Assembly: GCA_002245135.1 (NCBI GenBank)
Contig: NGBS01000007.1
Location: 1-64,000, forward strand
Reading direction: 5' to 3'
Source of the DNA: Proteromonas lacertae
Lineage: Eukaryota
Length of the DNA: 64,000 nt
Below, piece by piece: positions 39,747 to 51,943 of this stretch. The position numbers and the translations under genes were made by a program. Position 1 is the first letter of the stretch, and each line of letters starts with the position of its first letter. The notes beneath the pieces are model-generated. The model was not told the DNA's origin, ran no database searches, and saw only the letters and a list, made by a program, of their open reading frames with translations.

Positions 39747-41177
39747 ATGAAGAAGAGTGTTATTCTAGTGATAATGCTAATAATTGGATTATTGGCATAT
39801 TATCAATATATTCATATCTCCAATTTAATCATTACTATTGATGATCCTGATGAAGAATATTTTTATCTTGATCCATCAATTCCTTTGAATGGAACAAAAA
39901 TAAAAATTGGTTTACCAGATCAATACAAGTATAGAATTATATTTAAATACCCACCATACGTAATTCCTCCTCCTTTACCATATGGTTCAGTAATAACATC
40001 AAGTTTTGTAAAATCAATATTTTTTACAGAAGAACTTTCTTCAACTAAGAGAAGATGTATTAAAGATATTTGTCAAAATCCTTTAAATTACATCAACAAA
40101 TATTCAAATTGGAAATGTACATATTCAGATAGTAGTTGTGGATTATTAGATAATTATGCTATATATCACGATAAAAAATATCGTCGTGGTACAGTAGATG
40201 CTATAAGAAATGGAAAAATAAAAGAAGGATTTAATTGTGGTTGGAATAGTAATAATGAAAAAGAAATATTTCAAGTAAACGCACCAGCTTATAAAGGAAG
40301 ATTAATATACTTAGATGTACCAGAAGGTTGGTCATTTCAACACTTTATAGATGGAATATTACCAAAACTTGTACAAATAGAATCCTATTTAAAAATAACA
40401 AAAATCAGAATATATATGCCATTACCTGAAGGATTTGAAGCTAATAGTAATCATATAGTGTATGATTTATTAGAAAGAATAGGAATAAACCGTAATAGAT
40501 TAATACAAAGTAGAGATAGATATAGCATATCTGCTAGATTATTAATAGTTCCATGTGTTTCACCTCCAACACATCCTTATCTTTGGAGAAGAGGACAATA
40601 TCTATTGAAATTACCATTTTTACAACCTGGTTATGTTGATATGGATGATAAAATCATATATTTCAGTAGAAATCGAGGTACTAGTCATATGGAAAGAAAA
40701 GTATTAAACGAAAAAGATGTATTATCAACAATAAGACAAGCAATGACAAGTGATTCAATGTTAGAATTAGTAGAATATTATTCTGAAAATTATAATCTCA
40801 ATCAAACTATTGATTTGTTATCTCATGCAAAGTTATTAATTGGACCGCATGGTGGTGCATTGTATAATATGATATTTGCACATCCTGGTGTTTCAGTGAT
40901 AGAATTCTTACCTGATGAATATTACTTCATGTCTGAACCAGTTCATAGCATTAATTATGTGCAAGCTATGACTTTAGGACATAATTATTATGCTTTAATG
41001 TGTCAGTGTAATAAGTCTATGATGGGTGATGGGCAAGTTGGGGATGATAATGAGGGAGTACGTATGTTTGATAATGATGATATGAATGGTGGAGGAGGTG
41101 GATGGGGATATAGTTACGATATGACTGTGGATTTAACACATCTGAAAATGGCTGTTGAACAAGCGTTATTGAAATAG
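39747..41177 (+). CDS. Glycosyltransferase family 61 (DUF563), type II membrane
   Basis: Intronless ORF with an N-terminal TM and the motifs SFQHFIDGILPKL, IIYFSR...RKVLNE and IGPHGGALYNMIF...VIEF. Confidence 0.85.
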   Translation: MKKSVILVIMLIIGLLAYYQYIHISNLIITIDDPDEEYFYLDPSIPLNGTKIKIGLPDQYKYRIIFKYPPYVIPPPLPYGSVITSSFVKSIFFTEELSSTKRRCIKDICQNPLNYINKYSNWKCTYSDSSCGLLDNYAIYHDKKYRRGTVDAIRNGKIKEGFNCGWNSNNEKEIFQVNAPAYKGRLIYLDVPEGWSFQHFIDGILPKLVQIESYLKITKIRIYMPLPEGFEANSNHIVYDLLERIGINRNRLIQSRDRYSISARLLIVPCVSPPTHPYLWRRGQYLLKLPFLQPGYVDMDDKIIYFSRNRGTSHMERKVLNEKDVLSTIRQAMTSDSMLELVEYYSENYNLNQTIDLLSHAKLLIGPHGGALYNMIFAHPGVSVIEFLPDEYYFMSEPVHSINYVQAMTLGHNYYALMCQCNKSMMGDGQVGDDNEGVRMFDNDDMNGGGGGWGYSYDMTVDLTHLKMAVEQALLK

Positions 41178-41331
41178 AAAGTTATCATTAGATAGATTTT
41201 TAATTTATTGTCATTAGTTTATGTTATATATATATATATATATATTTAATCAACAAACAACAAACACATATATAATACATAAATAAGAGACATTTAATAA
41301 TTATTGTTATTATTTACTAATTGATATTACC

Positions 41332-42436
41332 TTAATGTGATGGTGGTGGAACTTGTTTAGCACTATTCATTTTAGTAGGAGGTGGAATAGCAGGTGTAGA
41401 TCCAGTAGTAGCAGGAGGAGCTGCATTGGTTATATCTGATGATTCATATCCAACACGATCTGTTCTCAGCACATCTCTCATTTCAGGACAATGTGAAGGT
41501 AAACAGTGTGCAGCATGTTCTACTTTAGAATCTAACCAATCAAAAATTCCATCATTTATATAATGTTCTCTTGCCATTACATCTTTGAACAATCTTTTTA
41601 GGAAGAAATAGTCAGGTTTATCATCAAACCTTAAGGCTCGACAGTATTCAAAGTATTGCCTAAATTCATCAGGATATCCTCTGCATAATTCTTCAAAAGA
41701 TACTCTTATTTTTCTCTCCATAATTTTCTGGTATTTCTGTGTTCTATTTGCTGCTTTTAAACCTTGCCATGGTAAAGATCCTCTTAAAAAATACATCATC
41801 ACATATCCTAGCGATTCTAAATCATCTCTTCTAGATTGTTCTATTCCTAAATGATTATTCAATGAAGCATATCTTGGAGTTCCTGTTAAATGCTTATTTT
41901 CCTTGTAGGGAATATGTACATGTGTCTGAGGGTTTCTATATCTTTTAGCTAATCCAAAATCTATGATATAAACAGTGTTTGACTTTTTACCTAAACCTAT
42001 AGCAAAATTATCTGGTTTTATATCTCTGTGAATAAAACTCTTCGAATGGACATATTCAATACGACTGATCAAAGAATCAGCCAACATAAGTACTGTCTTA
42101 AGAGAAAAATGACGTTTACAATAATTAAACAGATCTTCAAGAGAAGGACCTAATAAATCCATTATCATAATGTTATAACCATCTTCAACTCCATAGTAAC
42201 GAACAAAAGGTATTCCCATACCATTTTGAAGTAAACGATAAAGTTTTGACTCATAGAGTAGTTGTGGATGTCTAGTTTTTGCGCTTTCTAATTTTATAGC
42301 AACTTCTTCATCTAATTGAATATAATAAAGAATTATTAATACTATTCGTTACATTTATCCCTAAATAAATATCACCAAAAGCACCACTTCCAATCTTTTT
42401 ACCAAATCTGTATTTTTTACCTACTCTTAATTCCAT
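41332..42436 (-). CDS. CK1: Casein kinase I
   Basis: Motifs [43 protein letters not shown] and [13 protein letters not shown]; one intron near 42312-42343. Confidence 0.97.
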
Positions 42437-42652
42437 TTTTAATACTAGCCGATATGTATACTATGTTTAAAAATAAATTTAAAAAATAAAACTGAAGTTT
42501 TAGGGGGTACAAATTTCAAGAAATTTATATAGCCAAAGTCTATACAAAATTTGAAAATTACCAAACTACTAAAATGCTTTGATTATTATGAATTGGGGGC
42601 TGTTTAGTTATACCAAAAAAAGATTCTTTTTGGTTTTATTATCTCATAAATC

Positions 42653-44120
42653 ATGAGTGAAGGGATCAAAGTATCAGTAGGTGGTAAAACCCTTTTGATT
42701 GATAAAAAGATCGGTGAAGGTATAAATGCAATATACATATATTTAGGTGGTTTTGCTACAATTTATTTAGCACATGATCGAGCTAATGAGCAATATGTAC
42801 TTAAAAAGATGATTCTTAGAGTATTATATGGAATAACTATTATATATATAGAATGAAGGAATTAAAAAAGCTGTTGAGACAGAATTTACTGTATTTAAAG
42901 CAATAAACGGTAATGTGAATTTATGTAGAGCATTTGGATTAGATAGAAAGAAAGGAGCAGCAGGAAGAGAAGCATATATTCTAATGGAGTATTGCCAAGG
43001 TGGTGATTTAATGCAATATCTTAAAAAGGCACAAGCAGAAAAAAGAAGACTTACAGAAAATGAAGCTTTATTGATTATGTATGATATCTGTCAAGGAGTT
43101 AAAGTTATGCATGAAGTATATTATAATTTTATTGCATATCTATTTGTATAGCAAGATCCACCAATAGCACATCGAGATCTAAAACCAGAAAATGTAATGT
43201 TAGATAAATGGGGTAATTGGAAGTTAATCGATTTTGGTTCATCTCAAATAGGTCCAGTAGAATTAACCACAAAAGAATCCCTCAAAAAAGAAGAAGAAGC
43301 AATTGAAAAGAACACCACGCAACTATATCGTGCTCCAGAAGAATGTGATTTCTTTGGCATTGAACAGATAGATGAAGCTGTTGATATCTGGGCATTAGGT
43401 TGCATTATGTATACATTAGCATATATGACTAATCCATTCCAAGCAACTGGTAAATTGGGGGTAATGAACGGAAAATTTACATTCCCCAAGAATGATTCTA
43501 GATTTAGTGAACAATATCAAAATATAATTAAAAAGATGTTAACTCCAGATGTTGAAAAGAGAATTGATATTAATGGAGCAATAAAGATGATTAAAAAGAT
43601 TGTAGAAATAGATGATGATAAAAAGAAAGGTATTAAGAAATGTAAAAAAGCAATTGAAAAAGATGAAGTTGATTTAGAGAATACTGGTGATGGAGATGAT
43701 GATGATGAAGAAGACGAAGATGAATCACCTAAGAAGAAGAAGAAGAGTAAGAAGGACAAGAAGAAGAAGCATCATCACGATGAAGATGAAGACGAGGAAG
43801 AAGAGGAGGAAGAGGAAGAAGAAAAACCTAAAAAGAAGTCTAAAGCTAAAGCTAAATCAAAGAAGAGCAAGAAATCAAGAGATGAGGATGAAGATGAGGA
43901 GGAAGAAGAAGAAGAGGAGGAAGAAGAAAAACCTAAAAAGAAATCCAAGGCTAAAACAAAGGGAAAGAAGAGTAAGAAGTCTAGAGATGAAGATGAGGAT
44001 GAAGATGAAGAAGCAGATTTTGGATTTGGTGATGACGCAGGTGGGTTTGGAGATCAAGATAATGATGCTGATATTGATGCATTTGGAGGAGGTGGTGGTT
44101 TTGGAGGTGATTTCTTTTAG
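42653..44120 (+). CDS. NAK-family (AAK1/BMP2K/GAK-like) Ser/Thr kinase with acidic/basic tail
   Basis: Motifs IGEG|GFA, ILMEYC, PPIAHRDLKPEN, LIDFGS, EKNTTQLYRAPE and DIWALGC. Confidence 0.85.
43779..44010 (+). repeat. Imperfect tandem coding repeat of about 100 nt (DEDEDEEE...KPKKKSKAK.K.KKSKKSR)
   Basis: Two full copies and a partial third are visible in the kinase tail. Confidence 0.7.
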
Positions 44121-44293
44121 TTGAAAAACCTATGTAATAAATTTATCAAATATATATTATTAATTGTCGGTGTTTTTATAAAATCGAGTTAAATCAAAAG
44201 AAATGTTTTTAGATTGTAAGATATATGAAAGATTTTACTTTGATCCAAAAAAATATCCGTTTAATCACTTCATTTTTCATTTTCTAATTAGCA

Positions 44294-45601
44294 ATGTTTG
44301 GAAGATCTATTCATTCATTTAGAAATTGTGGAGCATTTGCTAGACAATTCGGTCTTCGTTCATCAGCATTACGTGCTTATTCAACACAACAATCAAAAAA
44401 AGCTTATAACCTCATTCCATTTGGATTTGTATCACTGATAATTCTTATTGAAATAGGGTATTGCTGCTGGACTTGTAGGTACTGGTTTATTTGCTTACTC
44501 AACACTTAATGCAAGTGAAACTAAACCTGAACCAGTTACTGCTAAACCATGTTGTTCTGCTTCTTCATCGTCGTCATCCAAGAAAGACAAAAGTATTGAT
44601 ATTTATAGATATTTTTTATATTAGGCCATCTTAGCAATTTACAATTATATGCAGGAAAATCCAATAGACCTCTTGCTCAAGAAGTTGCTCAAAAACTTGG
44701 TGTACCATTAGAAGCCTTAACCATTGAAAAATATGCTGATGAAGAAATGAGAGTTGAATTAAAGGGTGATGTAAGAGGAAAAGATGTATTCATCGTCCAA
44801 TCCACCTGCCGTCCAGTTAATGAAAATTTAATGGAACTTATGCTAATGATTTCAACAATGAGAAGATCAGCAGCTAGACGTATTACAGCTGTCATACCAT
44901 ATTATGGATATGCACGACAAGACCGTAAGATGCAATCACGTGTACCAATTTCAGCAGCTGATGTTGCTAGATTATTAGAAGCAATGGGTGTAGATCGTGT
45001 AGTTGCTGTTGATTTACATTGCGGTCAAATTCAAGGTTTCTTTGGACCAAGAGTACCTGTTGATAACTTAGAAGCTGGATCAATTGGTGTTGATTATTTT
45101 GCACATATCGATTTACAAAACCCAGTGATAGTTTCACCAGATGCAGGTGGTGTTTATAGAGCTAAACAATTTAGAGATTTATTATCATTAAGATATCATA
45201 CTGACGCTAAGATGGCTATGATAATTAAACAAAGATCAGCTCCAGGTGAAGTAGAATGTATGGATTTAGTAGGTACAGTGAAAGATTGTGATGCAATCAT
45301 TGTAGATGATATGATTGATACAGCTGGTACTTTAGGTCATGCTGCTGGTGAATTAAAGAAGAATGGAGCTAGAAGAGTATATGCATTTGCTAGTCACGGT
45401 GTATTCAGTGGTAATGCTAATAAGAATATATCTAAATCATGTATGGAACAAGTTGTTATTTGTAATACTATTCCAATTAATGAGGAAATGCAACAAAATC
45501 CTAAGATTAAGGTGTTGACTGTTGCTTCATTATTAGCTGCTGCTATTCGTAGAATACATTCAAAACAATCAATGGCTAATATATTCTCTGGAGAAGAGTA
45601 A
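44294..45601 (+). CDS. PRPS: Ribose-phosphate pyrophosphokinase with mitochondrial-type presequence
   Basis: Motifs VRGKDVFIVQST, PYYGYARQDRK, DLHCGQIQGFF, VSPDAGG and IVDDMIDTAGT; Arg/Ser-rich N-terminus. Confidence 0.95.
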
Positions 45602-45776
45602 TTGTGAAGATTATGTTTTTTTAAATTATTATTAATATGGAAAATGAAATGATATGATTATTAGAAATGTTTTTTTATTATAATAGTTATTCATAATTGT
45701 CAATTTCACACAATAACACAGTTTGACCATTATTGTGTAATTTTAAGTAATTATTACCAATATTAATTTTTGTTGA

Positions 45777-46127
45777 ATGGCTGATCTACAAACATTGTAT
45801 TGATGTTTTTAAAATATATTTAGACAAAAAGACAATAATCTCAAAGGAATGATGATAATAGATAAATCTGGATTGTGTTTAGAATGTATTTCTTTCTTTA
45901 TTTATTTTTGAAGCATCAGGAACATTGAAATCAAGATTTGCAATGAATCAATCAGGATTATTTAGAGATATGTCACAAAAATGTGCTTCACTTTTAGATG
46001 ATGATGTTTCTGATGCTATAATAGAAATTCGAACAGATAAACAGTATTTATGGTTGTAATATATTTTATTAATAGTAAATATTTGCTAAGATCTACCCTA
46101 GAAGGCACTAGTATTTTTTCTACTTAA
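45777..46127 (+). CDS. LAMTOR5: Ragulator subunit LAMTOR5 (HBXIP)-like, 87 aa; absent from the ORF track
   Basis: Removing introns 45797-45823, 45886-45913 and 46044-46075 gives an open frame: MADLQTLQKDNNLKGMMIIDKSGLCLESSGTL...SGLFRDMSQKCASLLDDDVSDAIIEIRTDKHKYLLRSTLEGTSIFST*. Confidence 0.75.
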
Positions 46128-46198
46128 TTTATTTCTGTTTTAATTTGTTTGTTGCTTAATGTTTAAAAATAAAGTTATATATCATATCAATGAGAAAA

Positions 46199-46789
46199 TT
46201 AATAAGTGTGATAAGTAAAAGTAGGAATATGTGAATACTCATCTCTTAATTCACTAATTACAGGCAAACTAAACAAGTTATCTATACACATAAAGGTATT
46301 TTGTATATATACTTGATAAATCAACATGTCTCAAATTCGGCAAATCTCTTAAATACACTTGAAAGAATTTCAAAGATTCATCATTGACATAATCATCTAT
46401 TCAATAAATTCAATGAAATATATATATTATACGATTAAAGAATAATTGCTGTAGTCTTGGAATATAATGAAAACAAGATGTAATACTCTTCAAACCATTC
46501 GAAGTGATTGCACAACCTGATAAATTCAATGAAACAATATTTGGCATAAACTTAAAATCATTTCCTAAACAAGTGCAACATGAATCATTAAGTGCATTTT
46601 TTGAAATATTAAACTCTTGCAAAACAGGTAAATTACGAAAACTTGATATTAATGATTCTAAACCAGGATTTGTGATTTTTGTTTCTGATATATCTAATGA
46701 CATGAGATTTGGTATAAGATGAATGTTTCTACTTAACATTGTTGCTCCATCACTACTTAATTTGTTTTCTATCAATTAATACATAATGT

Positions 46790-46823
<34 letters not shown>

Positions 46824-49170
46824 CTTGATAATACTAATCTAACTAGATTAGGTGTATTAACTAAGCATGATGCAAAATAGGAAATGTCACTTGCATTGAG
46901 TTTGTTTGCTAAAATGAATATATAATAACATATTATTATTATTATACATGAAATATCTAAATCACATAGACTTGCCAAGTTATTAGCTTTTGCACAAAAA
47001 TATTTCATTCCATTAGTTTCTATAACATTTCCAGCTAAATTCAATTTTCTTAATGATTTTAAAAATATAAAACTGTCACTAAGATGAACCATTCCTTTAG
47101 GTCCTAATTTACAATCTATTTAAATAATAATATAAACAATATATTAATAATACACTTCAAATCCAATTCTCTCAACTGTGGGAAACATGAAAAAGCTTGA
47201 CATAAATAGTATATATTATCTCCTTTAATATTATTATCTGATAAATTCAGCACCATTAAATCTCTAAAGAATCTAATACTTGAACTTAGACTCCTTATTA
47301 TATCAACATCATCTATATTACATTTTGATAAATTCAATTCTCTTACACATGGAATATATGGGAAATGAAGAATAGTTTGTAACATTGTGGATGAATTAAA
47401 TCCTGACCACCACAAGTTGATTTTTGCATTCTGTTGTATCGAAGCAATCATTTTAAACTCATATGATTTTAGACCACAATTTAATGCTTGAACAACAACT
47501 TGTCGAAGTTGTGGATTATATAAACATACATTCATTAATAAAAATAAATAATTATAACGTTTTGTATTGGATCTAAATATTGATAAAAATCCATTTCCTA
47601 ATTCTACATATTTACTGGCAATTGATTTAATCAAATCTATTCAATTATATACACATAGTTATGAATACTTAAATCTTCTGATATATATTTGATTATTTCT
47701 AGATCATTAATTACCCTATTATCTTCAAGTTGTTTTACTATAAAATGCATATCAACTGGTTTTGAAGCTACTGCTGATGATGGTAAAGTATATAAACTTT
47801 CATTTAAAGACGTATTATTTACATTCTCTGGAGGTTTAGATGAAGGGTTTACATTCTCATGATGTGTTAGCGCAGGATCTGAATTTGATGATGCTGGTGA
47901 ATCATTAACATGTTCTTTTGATTTTCTTCGATTTAATACAGTTTGTGATAAATCTAATATGAAATAAAATATTAAAAAAAAATTAATATATACTCTTTGG
48001 TTTATAAGGTATTGGAGGTGCAATTGATGGTTGAGGCGCAGATAATCCAACCATCATTGACTTTGGTTTTCTTGGAACTACTAAATGAGGATCACTTACA
48101 TTACTACCATAATTAATAATAGGTGGAATAGGAAGTAATTTATTGGAACATGGTAATAGTATCTTTGTATGATCCTCATTATAACAACTCATTTCATTAC
48201 CATCTCCTTCATCATCTTCATCTTCAATATGATTATTTTCTTCGTTATCATTAATATTCATAGATCCATTCATATTTTCAATAGCATCTAACATTTCTTG
48301 AGGTGTATATCTATCATCAGGATTTATAACAAACAAATGACTTAATAATTCATTCAATTCCATAGAATTTTTTTCTTGATAATCAATTGGTTTGAAATTT
48401 CCATTTAATACATTGGATGTTATTGTATCTGATGTACTTGATGAAAATGGCGAAGTTCCAGTGTAAATATAATATATTATACAACCCACATTCCACATAT
48501 CAGTTTTTATTGTTATATTATTATTCTTATATTGTTCTGGACTTAGATATTCATAATTTGTTAATTTAACTAAAGCAAATGGATCAGTTATCATATATTT
48601 ACAATAATCCATTAATTTATAATGCCCATCTTCTATCATAATGTTTGAAGGCTTTATATTTCCATGTATAACATTCAAATCTGAAAATGTCTTTAAACAC
48701 TCACATAAATCATTCAATAAATCCATTACACGATTATTTCTAAAGTATTCCTTTGTGTTTATATTTAATAGTGATAATTCTGAATAATATGGAGTAATTT
48801 GAGCTATTATAGTTTCTGATTGAAGGAGATATAAACTAACTGGTGTGATTGTTACATTCTTACCACTAATTTTTTCACATTCATTAATCTATTTAGGCAG
48901 TAAATAGTGCATTTATATACATATTTATTAATATTTTTAGATACTTCGTCTGAAATAATGATTAACTTTAATACATAAGATTCATCCATGTTTTCTTCAT
49001 CTTTCACTATATAATTTACTGATTCGCTTATTTCAGGTATTTTTTTGTCAATCTGAATGATAAATTATAAAATACATACAATGTAATGCAATCTTTCATC
49101 AATATCTTTCTAATCCGTATAAAATATTATAAAATACCAAATGAAAGTCTTCTGTGAAATTATAACTCAT
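46199..49170 (-). CDS. Pseudokinase + RNI-like LRR protein (paralogue of 34121-36950)
   Basis: Motifs VIHGNIKPSNIMI, KLMDYC, YLSPEQ and DMWNVGCIIY, then a Pro-rich linker and 28-residue LRRs. Confidence 0.8.
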
Positions 49171-49347
49171 TTTATGTAAGTTTCGAATTTTTTAATAATA
49201 TATTCGTTTCAAAATGTTTAATCATTGTTTCTTTTTGTTTTTCGCATAATTGTCAAATTGGCTTTTACAAAATAAATTATAAACCATATAGTAAAAAATA
49301 GATAAAAGTAAAATTTAAATATGTATATGTGAATGATTACAACAAAA

Positions 49348-51786
49348 TTAGTCATTTGGTGTAAATGCCTCAATAAAATCTTCTCCATCCGCCTTAGTCT
49401 CTGGTTCATCGCCTAAATGCTTTTTTAAACCTTCTGTTTCTTGGAGGAGTAAACACAGGAATTTGATCGTCATTTATATCTCTTGGTGAGTCAGAAGGTG
49501 AAATAAACCCTTGCGCGATTGGCATAGGTCTATTTTCATCATAATTATTATTATCACTTTCACCATAAGGATATTCTTTCGATTCATCAAAGTCTCCTCT
49601 TCTCATATTAGATGAATAAGGTGGATGTTGCGGTGTAGATGCAGATCATCAGGATAATTAGGATTTGGCATAGATGTACTACTTTTCTCATACATTCCTT
49701 TCCTTGTAAGACTATCATATCTATCTGGTCTTTGACTCTTCACTTGAATCGGAGCATTATTATTATTATTATTATTGGTTAAATGCATATTACTATTAAA
49801 CACATCATCTGTTATATCAGTAACTTCAATCTCTTCATGCTGTTCATGATATTTGTTTATTGATAGTGCAGGATTAGTTGATTCAGGTACAAATGGCTCT
49901 CCTGGTCGCATTGGGTTATTATTTCTATTATCCATTATTGTACCAGGAGTTAATGTTGTTGTTTCTTCTTTCTCTAAAGGTCTAATCACATTTTTACCAC
50001 CATGGTGTTTATCTTGGTTGGGAGATAGTAATAATAATGAATTAGCGACAATGTTAGTATATAGATTAGGATCTATATCAATACCATATTCAGTGATTAT
50101 ATTCTTCACTTGTTCACCTAATATTCCAGATTGATCTTCTAATTTATCAAGTATTCCTTTGATTTGTTTTAATAATTGCCATCCCATTTGAACCTTATTC
50201 TGAGCTTCTTTTGATCGAATACATTTTTCAATTTTGCTACTCATTTGACCTTTGTTGGTGAAATATGGATATTTCAATACAAAATTGAAATTTGGATTAT
50301 ATAATGATAATAATATGCAATATACTACGAATATTATTCCTGTATCAACACCATCAACAACTGAAGAAACTACATCTCTTGGAGCGATGTATAAAAACAA
50401 CAACATTATTGGATAACCTGTATATAATAAAAGAATAAATGAATAAGTGTTATAAAACATATGATCTCCTTTAGATAAATAATGTAACAGTGTTTTATTA
50501 CCAAACCAATAGTATAATATACATATTACCAATCTAATGAATATTACTATGTAATAATTGCCTGAATGAAGTGGAGATGGAATATCACTTGTATCTGTAA
50601 AATATACTATTTAAATAATAATAATAATATACAATGATAAAAATCACCAATTAATAAGAGAAAGAAATAAGATAGTGTAATTGCAGTAACAATAATTCTA
50701 GCATTTGCACTAATCTTCACTTTAGTGATTTTCAATCCTTTAGCTACAACTAATATATGTAGAATAAAGAATGTTTCAGCTAATGCTCTAATGATATTAT
50801 AAAAGACAGTATAACCAGTAGTATCTTTACCTGAGGAACATTGTACAATAATATCAATAACATATAATATTAAATAAAAAAAATAAGTGAATATTGATAA
50901 GACAAGACAAAACACTGGGATTTGGAAATTATCTTGAGCTCTTAAACGATATACAATCTATAATAATAATAATATATAACATACTTGATAAGTATAAGCA
51001 CATAATAATACAAACAATAGCAAAATAACAATTCTCAATATTAATAATGACAAATTTTCACCTGACATTTGTGGGCATAACGATTGATCATGTTTAACTT
51101 CAAATGAATAACTCTTCACATGGATTGGAGCAAATCTATAGGCTGAAGATGTGTTCGTTGATAGTATTGACAATGATTCTTCTTCATCACTTAAACTCAA
51201 TAATCTGTTATTACCAGGTTCATCTGTACTATCATCTGATTGTGTTGGTATTATTATAGTTGAGCTGTTGGAGGAACATGTGAATAATGCGAAAAAATAG
51301 TAGGTCAATCTACTAGGATGAGTAAACTTAATAGTATCAGAAACACTATTAAAAATAATTTATTACTAAATATACCGACCCTTGTCTAAACCAGCTAATT
51401 CATCTAAATCGACAATAAATGACTCACTTTCCATCTCCTTTCCTTTTGTATACAGATTTTCTATTTTAGTTTTACCTGAACAAGAGTCTTCTTTCATTAA
51501 TCCCTCATTACCTTTATACACTGCTAATTTCAAATTAATATTAGGTTCATAGTCAAAAGTAAAACTAGATTAAAAATATAACATATAATTCAATACCTTA
51601 TTACACCTCCAGAAGATTCTGTAGAATCAAAAGCAAAACGAGCTAATATTTTCCATCCTTGTCCTGATTCCCATGTCTAGATAAATAGAAAAGTATGAAA
51701 TATACATCTCCTTTTAGTACTGAGCAATTGACTAATACCATAAGAAAAACAAATATTAATAGTCTTTTTGTATAAACATTAACCAT
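49348..51786 (-). CDS. GPR180/TMEM145-like 7TM protein
   Basis: Signal peptide, then GWKILARFAF, a multi-TM region with AETFFILHILVVAKGLKIT and LHSG, and a long cytosolic tail with apparent 1-nt deletions near 49645 and 49440. Confidence 0.7.
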
Positions 51787-51943
51787 TTTAAAACTTTCGG
51801 ATAATATATAATACTAATAGAATAAAAAGAAGGAAGAAAAAAGAAAAAACCACTTCAGAACAAAACGAATAGTATTTTTTAAATTTCAAATTTTTAAAAA
51901 TACACTGAATACAGAAGTATTAATGTATTAATGAAGATTTTTT

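Noticed and set aside
43687..44124. 145-aa Met/Arg/Lys-rich ORF overlapping the NAK kinase
   Set aside because: It is an alternative-frame shadow of GAT/GAA/AAG low-complexity codons.
45845..46015. Box C/D-like words (ATGATGA...CTGA) suggesting a snoRNA
   Set aside because: They fall within the spliced LAMTOR5-like coding frame.
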